A stretch of DNA of 64,000 nucleotides, from assembly GCA_951406725.2 (NCBI GenBank), contig OX597826.1:2914001-2978000 (forward strand), read 5' to 3'. The notes under the pieces were generated by a model. That model searched no databases and was not told the origin of the DNA. It saw only the letters and a program-made list of their open reading frames with translations. Shown here piece by piece: positions 51,867 to 64,000 of this stretch; position 1 is the stretch's first letter; every line of letters starts with the position of its first letter. Origin of the DNA: Octopus vulgaris (lineage: Eukaryota). The position numbers and the translations under genes were made by a program.

Positions 51867-54800
51867 AAGCACGACTCAGAGTAACTTGAGTAAAGCATGT
51901 TCAATTCACAAGGAAGCATGACAAATATGTATTTCCATTTTACCCCTCATTAGCTATGGATATCACTATGGTTTCCACATCTGGGTAGTACCACTCAATC
52001 CCGCTTTATTAAAACATAAACGCGGTTTGGGAATCAATAATAATTAGTAAAAAGGAAACATTAAAATAGTATTTCCGCTACGTCAACACCTACACATTGC
52101 TATAAGAAACAACATCAAAGAAAGCAATTAGTATTAAAATATATAAAAGAAAAACTGTAAATTCAAACAAAGAACGTCTTCCCAAAATGGCGAATTTTGT
52201 TCCTGATGTTTAAGATTATCAAAATATAATACAATACCTTTATACGTATACAACTTGAAAATATACGCTTTGTTTACTATTTAATGAAAGAAATACTTAT
52301 TGAACAAACGTCATATTTTACGTATACAGTTCACTGTTCATTATAAGCATTTCCGAAATGCTTCTTACTTGCCCTGGTGATGGTTTATTTACGTCCAATA
52401 AAGCATTGCGAGCAAAATTTTGGGAAATCTCTCAAAATCATCATCATCGTCATCTTGTATTACTTTTAATGTTATAGATAATTATATATATATATATATA
52501 CATTCACACACGCACATGCATACATATATACATGTATCTGTGAAGCATTATGGAGAACATTGCAGTCCTATACACAGTTGAACGACTGAATGTATTACAA
52601 ATATACGGCATTACTTCTAATTCTTCGTAAGTTATACATATATATTATGCCGACGCTATTCTATTTGATTTCTCTTTCACAAACTTAGACATTTATCTGC
52701 TTTGCACTTTATATACAAGCAGTATATTTTAGTGCAACATTAACGAGTCATTTATTATTGAATGGATTGATTCTGCAGAGGAAATATGACTGGATAATTT
52801 TCTACTTTTATCTAATGGAAGAAAGTACATTCTCGAAACGTTCGGTGGTGTCGTGGAACATAATCGTCAATCATTACTTTCTTTGTGATTTATTTATTAA
52901 TTTCCGTTCGGTTATTAGCCATTTATCTTCAGATAAGATGCAAATGAAGGCACACATTCTTAAAAGTAGATAATGACATATATGAATACATATACAAATA
53001 AGACCCAATATTAATACGGATCATACTCAGACAGTTAGTCAGTAATCCTAATTTTCTACGGATGTAATTCCGTCAAATTGATTGAAAATATTTTAATATT
53101 AGGACTTAAATATATCGAATGATATTTAGTTCCACAATGGCGGTCGCTACTAGGAAATAAAATATCAAAAACAAAAAAATAAAACGAAAACAATTATCGT
53201 TTCTATCGGAGTCAGACAACTGCATATTGCCTATGATTTGTAGCGGATAAAATGCCTTGGTATCTATGCGTCATGTGACCTTAAAACAGAATGTTAAGTA
53301 ATTAAACGCCTCATATAGCAAACTGTTCGACCATTCCTGTTAACATTGCTACAAGGTCACACAATATGGCAGCGCAAATATTCGACTGAAACATCTGGGC
53401 CTTATGCTCTCCATCCTTTTTATGAAACGTTATATCTTGTATCTCTATGCTTGAAAATGTAGATTCGTTTGGAAAATTTATAAATGATCTCTGTATCAAA
53501 ACTAATAACATCCGTATTGGCATTGTCATAATTTACGTAACCATTCTGCTTGTCAAAACACCGTTATCTTTCAATTACAAGTTGCGTTTGTCATCTCTTG
53601 TCTCTCCGAGTAAACAGAGCATTAAACTAACCCGATAGTGAGATATCTACTGACCCATTTTAGGATATAACCCAAGTTCTTCACTTCAATCTGCAAATGA
53701 ATAACACTTCTAGTCATTAAGATGCCTTATATTCTCTATTTGTTTTTTCAAAAATATTATTTGAGTGTTGCCTGCACATAACGAAAATGGTGCCGTACCT
53801 CTTCCATATTTTAGACTGCCATGTAAACATGTATGTATATTCACTTTTACACGGCGGCTATTATGACTAAAAATATCGAATTTATGTGGTCTCAGCATTT
53901 ACAATTCATTGTATATTTATGATGCGACAGTGTATGATTGGAGGGATATTTGGTTGCTGCTTTTAATAATTTGTGTACACTGAGTTTTCTGTTTATATTT
54001 TATTGCAGCTGTTATTTTTGCGATTGGTAAACGTAGCCACTGAGTTTATTGCAGGTGTTACTGAAGATGCTTTAAAATTTCAGACACTTTTCTTAAAAGT
54101 ATTGCAAAGATTGGTAGAATGACGAACAAACTAACAGTCATTTTATTTTTATATATAAACGTCGCTCTCTTTTCGTGATCCCATGACTTTCATAATTCGA
54201 GGGAAGCAAATGAGTACGAATTAAATATTGTACTACACTTTATTGCGTCTGCTTTAGGTCTGTGTATGCATGAGTATGGTAGAGATTATTAATGGTATTT
54301 TGAGCGTTGATATCTAATATTGAACTAAACTCACTATATAAGAAAATTACCCGCATTACACGATTCTATAGCCATTAATATTCAAAGGAGACGGCTTCCA
54401 AAACTCATTACAGGGATCAACACTGTTACCGGAGGAAAAATGTTGAAAGGATTTTCTGTCGTTAAGGTTGGCCCCATTGATCAACGACTATGAAGAATAG
54501 AGATATTTTGATTGCAAGATTATTTGGTAATATTCTCAGAAATCTGAACTCTATGAATATCTTGTCATCGATAAAAGTAAAATTATGCTGTTAAATAGTC
54601 AAACGTGTTTTCTAAAGACAATTATAATAATAAAATATATGTCGTTGACGTAAATACAACCTCAAAATCTTATATAATCAGGAAAGATTGGGCGTGCAGT
54701 TAAATGTACGGCTACCGGTGTATGAATTAAAGCGCTATGTAGATTAACATCATCTTGTCAGCGACTATTATAGTGGTTAGTCAGTCACAGTTTTTGGCCA

Positions 54801-55024
54801 TCCCTATGGTGATCCGTTGCAGTTCAGCATCGAAATGCACTTGGAATGCATGATTCGAAACACCTACAGTGGTGTAACGTACGCAGGAAATAAATCTGCG
54901 TTTATTTTAATTTCCACGATATGTATTATGTATATATATATATATATACATATGTATGCGTGCATGTAAGTGTGTGACAGTATAATTTCTCTATCTCTCT
55001 CTCACACACACAACACACACACAC

Positions 55025-55062
<38 letters not shown>

Positions 55063-56333
55063 CTCTAAGGAATCTGTAAACCTGCTCATTAACCCCTCCT
55101 AAAATTCCTTCTACTACAGTCACACGGCCTAATATTCTAGGTCTCACTGACCTATTGATACTTCTTTTATTGATCGCAAAATATTAAACGCAAAATCGAC
55201 CTAGGTGGTATTTGAACACGGAATGTAAAGCTAGAAGAGATGACGTTAATCGTTTCGTCAGGCGTACAAAGTATTTCATCAGATCTCCGCCTTCAACTCA
55301 CCGACTAATAATCATTTCTCATAAAAGCATAGGGCCTGATGTTTTGCAGAAGGCAGATAGGCGACTACATTGGTCCCAGTTCTCGACTGGTACTTATTTC
55401 ATGGAATCTCCGAAAGGAAGAGGAGAGATAATTCGACTTAGGCTGAAGTTGAACGCACGAACATTCAGTCAGAAAAAAATTGCTGTTAAGGAGATTGCTC
55501 GGTTGCTTAATTAGGCTGTGAGCGCGCCGCCTATAAACATCACCTGATAATTCTAAAACTTTCAGCTCAACACGTAAACGTAATTTATATTGTTGCGAGG
55601 TGTGTCTGATGAATATCTGACATGTCTGAAACAAGGAGTTAAAATTAAGATCACTACCACATCTACCAGACACGGGTTATCGGGCTGCACGTTACTTGAT
55701 GTAAATAATTAAACAGATAGTGTCCCTTAAATACAAGGGGATTATGTTTCACCATTATTCTTGATGAAATTATATTATCTATACTTAATTTCCTCAGAAA
55801 ATAAAGACGAATATGTTTAAAGTCATATACTGAAAAATAAAGGCGTGATAAATATCAACGGATATTAAAAACGTATAAGATTAAAACAAAGCAAATACAA
55901 ACAGAATGAAGCAGACATTTTTTAGGAAAAAAACGACAACATATAAAAAAAAATTAATTTTTGACATTTGTTTCCTTTATAACAATTGAAAAGAAAATTT
56001 TAATTATAAAAGTGAAGTTCATCGTAGACATATCCGAACAATTAATATTGATGTTTAAAATCAGAGATGTCTGTGAAAATGAAGAGAAATAATGACTATG
56101 GAAAATGTACATATATACGTATATATGTGTGTGTGTATGTGTGTATGTGTGTGTGTGCATGTGTGTATGTGTGCGGATGTGTGCACGTGTGTCTGTGTGT
56201 GCGTACGTATATATAAGGACAAATATATATATATATATATGTTTTTTATGTGTTCGTGAGTTTGTGTGTATACACTCATCGTTACTTCAATTAACTCTTT
56301 TGCTATCTATAGAAAATCTGCAATGTGAGTGGC

Positions 56334-56385
<52 letters not shown>

Positions 56386-56394
56386 CTTTTCTAA

Positions 56395-56802
56395 TATAGG
56401 CACAATGACTAATTTTTTTTTCGGAGAGAGGACAGTCGATTATATCAACTCCTGTGCCTAACTGGCACTTTTTCCATCGACCAAAAAAGTTTCAAAGGCA
56501 CAGTCGACTACGGTGCAATTTGAATTTAGAACGTAACGGCAGAGGAAATACCTATTTCCTTACTACCCACAAGGGACTAAACACAGGGATGAGAAACAAG
56601 GACAGACAAACGGATTAAGTCGATTATATCGACCCCAGTGCGTAACTGGTACTTATTTAATCGAACCCGAAAGGATGAAAGGCAAAGTCGATTCGGCAGA
56701 ACTTGAACTCAGAACGTAGCAGCAGACGAAATACCTATTTATTTACTACCCACAAGAGGCTAAACAAGAGGCTAAGGCGTGGTAGCGATTCTTCGAGCTC
56801 GA

Positions 56803-56810
<8 letters not shown>
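56395..56810 (-). mobile_element. SINE family B multimer
   Basis: Two to three units, reverse complement of 10705-11460. Confidence 0.85.
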
Positions 56811-57380
<570 letters not shown>

Positions 57381-57856
57381 CATGTGTGAACCAATAGCTT
57401 CCCTCCTGTGCTGAAAAAACAAAGACACACACACACACACACACACATGCACACACACATACACACACACGCACACATACACACACACAAGCATATATAT
57501 TTACAAAAACTTGTGATGTCTGAATTCGAGTTTAAAACATAATGACAGAGCTCATAGATTAATAAAACCAACAAATAAAAAAGGACATTACATACTATAT
57601 CTGTTGAGGATGTCCCCCCACCCTTTGGATTATTAGCATCCCCTTTAAACAATGATGTAAAATACTCTATCCTTTTCTAAAGCTGGTAACCTCAAGGAAT
57701 ATTCCATGTTAATATTAGGTTAGTAAAGGCGGAGATCAAGCGGAATCGTTAGCAAAACAGGTAAAAATTGTTGGAGGTATTTCGTCCATGTTTTACGTAC
57801 TGACTACAAACTCTGTCGAGGTGAAGGTTGCCTCTCATGCTTTCGGTGTCGATAAA

Positions 57857-58270
57857 GACGTAGGAGTGGTTGTGTGGTAATTAGCTTGCTTATGAACCAC
57901 ATGGTTCCGGGTTCGGTCCCACTGCGCGACAACTAGGGCAAGCGTCTTCTACTATAGCCTCGGGCCGACCAAAGTCTTGTGAGTGGATTTGGTAGACAGA
58001 AACTGAAAGAATCCCATCGCATATATGTATACATATATATGTTTGTGTGTGTGTATGTTTACGTGTGTCTGTTTGTCCCTCCAACATCGCTTGACAACCG
58101 ATGCTGCTGTGTTTACGTCCCCGTAACTTAGCGGTTCGGCAAAAGAGAGCGATGGAATAAGTACTAGGCTTCCAAAGAATAATTCCTGCGGTCGATTTGT
58201 TCGACTAAAGGCAGTGCTCCAGCATGGCCACAGTCAAATGACTGAAGCAAGTAAAAGAGTAAAAGAGTAA
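57857..58270 (+). mobile_element. SINE family A directly after a decayed family B copy (57726-57856)
   Basis: Full head-to-tail match to family A. Tail GTAAAAGAGTAAAAGAGTAAA. Confidence 0.9.
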
Positions 58271-58479
58271 AGTAAGTATGGAAGCAATATTGGTTTAGTA
58301 AATCTACATACCATGCAGTTACAAAACTTACCTGCCAAAGTATCTGGTCGTTGTCTAGCTGTGAACAGTAATTATATCCAACGGTTTTTTCTGTTTGTTA
58401 GTAAAAGACGCCATCATAGATAATCACTTTTCGTTATTTTGCTCATGAAACACTCATATTTTTTTTAATTATCAGATAC

Positions 58480-58760
58480 GCAAAACACGACCACGGGTTA
58501 GTGCAAGGGGATGCGGATGGGAACGGGGAAGGGCCTGATTGACGCTTTCGCCAGTCGCTGGTCGGTTTCGCTGAAGCTTCGAGAACGTGCCGGAACGCAG
58601 CGGATATCGCTGGGGAAGGATGCGCAGGAGAGGGGGAAAGTAGACGTGAGGGAGAAGGAGGCGAGATCGCGGTAGAGCACGAGCACGTCGATGTGCACAC
58701 GCCTGCAGCCATCGGGCGCAGGACGCTTTCAACCAGCTTCCGACCCTGCCCCGCTACTTA
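58480..58760. other. GC- and CpG-rich island of unknown origin
   Basis: Abrupt composition change with many CpG in an AT-rich background. No second copy seen in the window. Confidence 0.7.
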
Positions 58761-58987
58761 GCAATCGTTCGGAAAAATCATTCGTATATATTTTCTTAAC
58801 CCCGTTGTGGCTGGAAGCCTCTGTATCAACGCACGGCAACCATATACATATTGAGACAAAACAAGTGAGTGCACATGTACTAGACAATATCCTGACAATG
58901 CACTTCGTTAGATAAATCATGAAACGTAGTATTTAATTGCTCGGCCCGATTTCCGTTGTCTACATTGTCATGCGTATACATGAACAG

Positions 58988-59088
<101 letters not shown>

Positions 59089-59105
59089 CATACATACATA
59101 CATAC

Positions 59106-59136
<31 letters not shown>

Positions 59137-59373
59137 AAGTGGGTTATGAGTGTAACCCACTATGGTATATCATTTATCCAATATACTGCCAGTAACCTTA
59201 TGTGTATGTATATTATCATGTATATACTTATATATATATATATATGTATATGTAGGTGTATATAAACTTATATGTGTATGTATATATGCATATTCTTGTA
59301 TATGTGAACCTTGTTAAATATTCATATTTGCATTGTATATCTCCATTTTATATCCTTATAATTGTACTTCATA

Positions 59374-59493
59374 ATCTCTGACGAGGCCTTGAGATATATA
59401 TATAACTCATTTTTAACCGCATATTACCTCAATACCTGACTAATATGGGCATAATGAGATACTCCTATGTACAGGCTGAAACACCTGTAAGAT
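59374..59493 (+). ncRNA. Type I hammerhead ribozyme motif (Penelope-like minimal form)
   Basis: Stem I ATCT/AGAT, core CTGACGA (59378-59384), stem II GGCCT/AGGCT, GAAA (59478-59481), stem III CA-CC-TG, cleavage triplet GTA. Confidence 0.7.
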
Positions 59494-59679
59494 CCATTTT
59501 ATATGTATTATTCTTATGGTATTATCTTACTTATCGATGTATATTGTTTTATTCTGTCTTATTCTGTTGGATTCGGATGTTCCTATTTAATCTAAATAAT
59601 TAGTTAATAAATGATATGAATTGGTATTATCTGGAAGTTGATGATTGAAAGAAATCTATTCCTCCATTTTATTATTTTG

Positions 59680-59727
<48 letters not shown>

Positions 59728-59824
59728 AATATATATACAAATACTAACGGCGGTACATCAGCATGGCCGCAGCAGCTCTGAGCTGAAAATAGAGAGAAAA
59801 ATATACACATATATACATATATCG

Positions 59825-59899
<75 letters not shown>

Positions 59900-59948
59900 C
59901 ATACATATATATATGTATATATATATATTATGATATGTATGTGAAGTT

Positions 59949-60263
59949 ACGTAGCTTAGAGGTTAGGACATTCCCCTCGCGATCGTAAGGCAGTGAGTTC
60001 CATACACGATGACGCGTTGTATACTGGAGGAAGGTACTTTATTTCACGTTGCTCCAATCCACTCAGCTGGCAAAAAGGAGTAGTACCTGTATTTCAAAGG
60101 GCCAACCTTATCACACTCTGTGTCACGCTGAATCTTCCTGAGAACTACGTGAAGGGTACACGTTTCTGTGGAGTGCTCAGCCACTTGCACGTTAATGTCA
60201 GGAGCCAGCTGTTCCGTTGAACGTATCAGCTAGGAAACCTCGCCTACGTAACCGACGGAGTGC
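59949..60263 (+). mobile_element. tRNA-derived SINE family E with a CORE-like centre
   Basis: TAGCTTAGAGGTTAGG head, ACTTTATTTCACGTTGCTCCAATCCACTCAGCTGGCAAAA centre. Homologous to 7690-7900. Confidence 0.75.
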
Positions 60264-61095
60264 TCGTATGACATGTATGAATGCGTACAAATAGGTATAA
60301 AGCCTCTGTTCATACTCGTGCGCATAAAATGGCTATAAAACTTGAAAATCTAACTATGACTTTGCTGACAATTTGATATTCCTGCGAAAAACTTGCACCC
60401 GTTTATCAATATTTTATAAACAGAAGATAAACAGAAAGAAGAAAGAAAAATGAAAACCGAAAAAAAAAAAGAATCAATGTTTTCTTTATGTTGTCTTGCT
60501 AGACTACATGTCTACGTATCATTATAATATATATTTACTACACGTTTGTTAAAAATATATAACAAGACATAAGGAAAACATAAAGAAACATAAAGGAAAA
60601 AAAATATAAACAAAAACACATAGCGCTTAAGCAATAAGAACCCTCTATTTCTAAGTGTTCATTACATCATTGCTGTCTATATAAAGAGAATAAAAACAAT
60701 AAAAATGAGTGAAAAGGAAAAATATAATACGCCATAAAACGACTTTAACAATGTGACATAGTATCAGAATGATAGCGGATACCATATGAGACTTTTCCGG
60801 GGAATTGCATAAAAATGCTATCAGCTTAGGACATCGCATTCTGCAAGTTATGATGTTTTTTTTCTTTTATCTTCGTTGTTTTGATCGATGCTTGCTATAA
60901 AAAGACACTACTGGGGCTCATGTAATACAATAAAGAAAAACTATAAAAGGATAAAAATAAGAGATGCTGTTGCTTTCCTGTTTGAAGAAATACCGAGATT
61001 GTTATAAAAAAAAGAAAAAAAATGTAAGTTCTAACCATTTGAGATCAATGTCTTTATAATGCATAGGATTATAGGCATATGCATGGAAATACTCA

Positions 61096-61290
<195 letters not shown>

Positions 61291-61457
61291 CCCTCTAACT
61301 ATCTTTTTATGTACCCATCTGTCTAACTAATTATCTGTCTATCACTGTAGGCACCTATCTATGTTCCTATCGATTGATCTATTGATCTATTGTTTTATTT
61401 TCCTCTTCATTTATCTGTTAATCTATTTATACGCTTCTCTACCACATCCCTTAACTG

Positions 61458-61518
<61 letters not shown>

Positions 61519-61591
61519 ATATCTATCTATCTATCTATCTATCTATCTAACTAACTATCTATCTATCGGTCTCTCTGTTCCGCTTCATAAT

Positions 61592-61629
<38 letters not shown>

Positions 61630-61630
61630 C

Positions 61631-61672
<42 letters not shown>

Positions 61673-61720
61673 GTATGAATATGTATATATATGAATGTAT
61701 ATATTCATATATATATGTAT

Positions 61721-61755
<35 letters not shown>

Positions 61756-62137
61756 CACACACACACACATATATATATACATACATACATATATATATAT
61801 ATAGATACAGTCATAAATACATATATACATTCAGTCACATGTAGATGTTCATTTACATAACCAGTTACAGTTCGCTATATGTGTTAATGGCATGAGTTGG
61901 AGTTTTGCATCCATAACTATTTATGCTAGTATTTTCATGTCCTTAGGAATATTTTATCGAAGATATAATTGTATTTCCCTTTTATGTTACTGCAGTGTAT
62001 TTTTTTTCCTAAAACACAGATGGCTCTCACATATGTGGAGAGTCATATTTCAGCTGCAAATGAAATGAGACGGAATAGATTGGAAGTTTGAGGAGTACAT
62101 ATTTGCATTGCAGCGCTTTACCATGTATATATGTATG

Positions 62138-62235
<98 letters not shown>

Positions 62236-62454
62236 TTTGTGTGTGTGTACGCGAACGTATGTTTCTGCGTGGGTGTGATCCTGACTTATTTTTATTTCTT
62301 CTGTGGATTGAGAAAACCTAAAAATAATACCGCCGTTACATAATGGCATATGCAGCCATGTTTTAAAATAATCAATTTTCCTGTTCATTGCATTATACTC
62401 ATACTGGGTGTATGTTTGTACATATAAATATCATCATCCACCTTCATATTACTA

Positions 62455-62486
<32 letters not shown>

Positions 62487-62615
62487 ATCTATAAAAGTAT
62501 ATACATGTATAAATATATATAAATATATCTTACCGTTTTATCAATATATATATATATAACTATATATGTATACATATATATCTATAATATATATGTATAT
62601 ATGTATATATATATG

Positions 62616-62653
<38 letters not shown>

Positions 62654-63249
62654 CATGTACATATACACACATACATATATATATATATCCTTTGTGTTCT
62701 GTTTTTTATTTCATTTGATACATATATCCTCTCACCTCTGCTACTAGCTGGCATATACTGGTGCTTATACTTATCAAGCATTCACCCTGAATTATATACA
62801 TATATATATATATATATTCGTGTGTGCAATTTACCTTTATATCAATCTCTCCAAAAATTATGTCAATTGCTTCGTCTTTTTTTCACATCATTAGTAGTTT
62901 GATTCAAACCGTGTTAATCGTAAAACCTCTCTCTGTGTTATTTTGCGCGTGTTTTGTGTAAATGATGCCTGACCAAACAGGAGTTGCTCGTCATTGAATT
63001 TCGGATGTGCACTAACTAAATGAATCTGGGTCAGACATACAAAATATACTACCGTCGCCATGGAAGGCGTGGATGTATTTCTTATTCCAATCTATATTCC
63101 ATGTTTGAGTGTAAGTATATATTTATATGTATCTTACTTACTGTGTGTCTTTCTGAACCTCTTCCATTTTAACAATGACAAACTCTTCTACGAACGTACA
63201 CATACATACATTGAGGGATTGGGTAATTAGAGAATGATATATATATTTT

Positions 63250-63292
<43 letters not shown>

Positions 63293-63353
63293 ATACATGT
63301 ATACATATATATACACATATATATATACATACATACATATATATATATATGTG

Positions 63354-63396
<43 letters not shown>

Positions 63397-63695
63397 AAGT
63401 ATATATATATATATACATACATATATATCTATATATACATTATATATATAGGCATGTATCATATGTGTGCGTATATATATATATGTGTGTGTGTGTCTGT
63501 GTGCGTGCCTATGTCTGTCTATGTATCTGTGTGTCTGTGTGTCTGTGTGTATGTGTGCATATGCCCGTGTTTCTCTTTGTGTGCATTTAGTGCATTTAAC
63601 ATGTCTTTCTTCTTGTTGTTTTTAACTGTCTGAGAAAGATTAATCACGAAACGCAGTGCACTCCTTTTTTGACCGTATATAAGTTCCTGTGTGTG

Positions 63696-63728
<33 letters not shown>

Positions 63729-63785
63729 GCGAGTGTGTGAGAATGTGTTTGTGAGTGTTTGTTTATGTATGATATCTAATATATA

Positions 63786-64000
63786 GTAATCCTTCCCCTA
63801 TCGCGGTTCACCTATCGCGGTTTGTTATTCAACCTTACGTCGATTCCTCTGTTGTGTTGTTTTGTATTTACACTAAAATAAATACATACAAATCATAAAT
63901 ATAATAAAAATAATTATTATACAATACTGTTTCTACTGCGCGTATTTTGACCTACCGCGTGTGTTTTGGAACGCAACACCCGCGATTGCCGAAGGATCAC
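63786..64000. mobile_element. pogo/Tigger-like MITE (right end at the window edge)
   Basis: Left end GTAATCCTTCCCCTATCGCGG matches the reverse complement of the right end (GTGATCCTTCGGCAATCGCGG). Preceded by TA. Subterminal CCTATCGCGG repeats. Confidence 0.7.

Noticed and set aside
58443-58732. Overlapping ORFs in the GC-rich island
   Set aside because: Several frames are open because of high GC, and no protein motif is recognisable.

Overview
AT-rich, microsatellite-saturated animal genomic DNA with no host gene that I can support. The repeat landscape suggests a coleoid cephalopod, probably Octopus (inference). Almost every ORF in the track is a translated microsatellite. Real content: (1) at least three families of R4/Dong-type non-LTR retrotransposon (RT plus restriction-like endonuclease) inserted into (TAA)n tracts in a fixed orientation, often as head-to-tail trains (13.1-15.2 kb, 39.2-42.2 kb, 46.9-49.9 kb); (2) a ~550 bp non-coding element in four copies and a ~170 bp structured element, both also in (TAA)n tracts, which are candidate non-autonomous partners; (3) several tRNA-derived SINE families, one multimerised as ~185 bp units and one carrying an internal microsatellite; (4) type I hammerhead ribozyme motifs of the Penelope kind, one canonical and one inside a 92 bp-arm palindrome; (5) a decayed DD37D (maT) transposase, a pogo/Tigger-like MITE and an unexplained GC/CpG-rich island. 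All alignments and folds were read by eye and boundaries are approximate.
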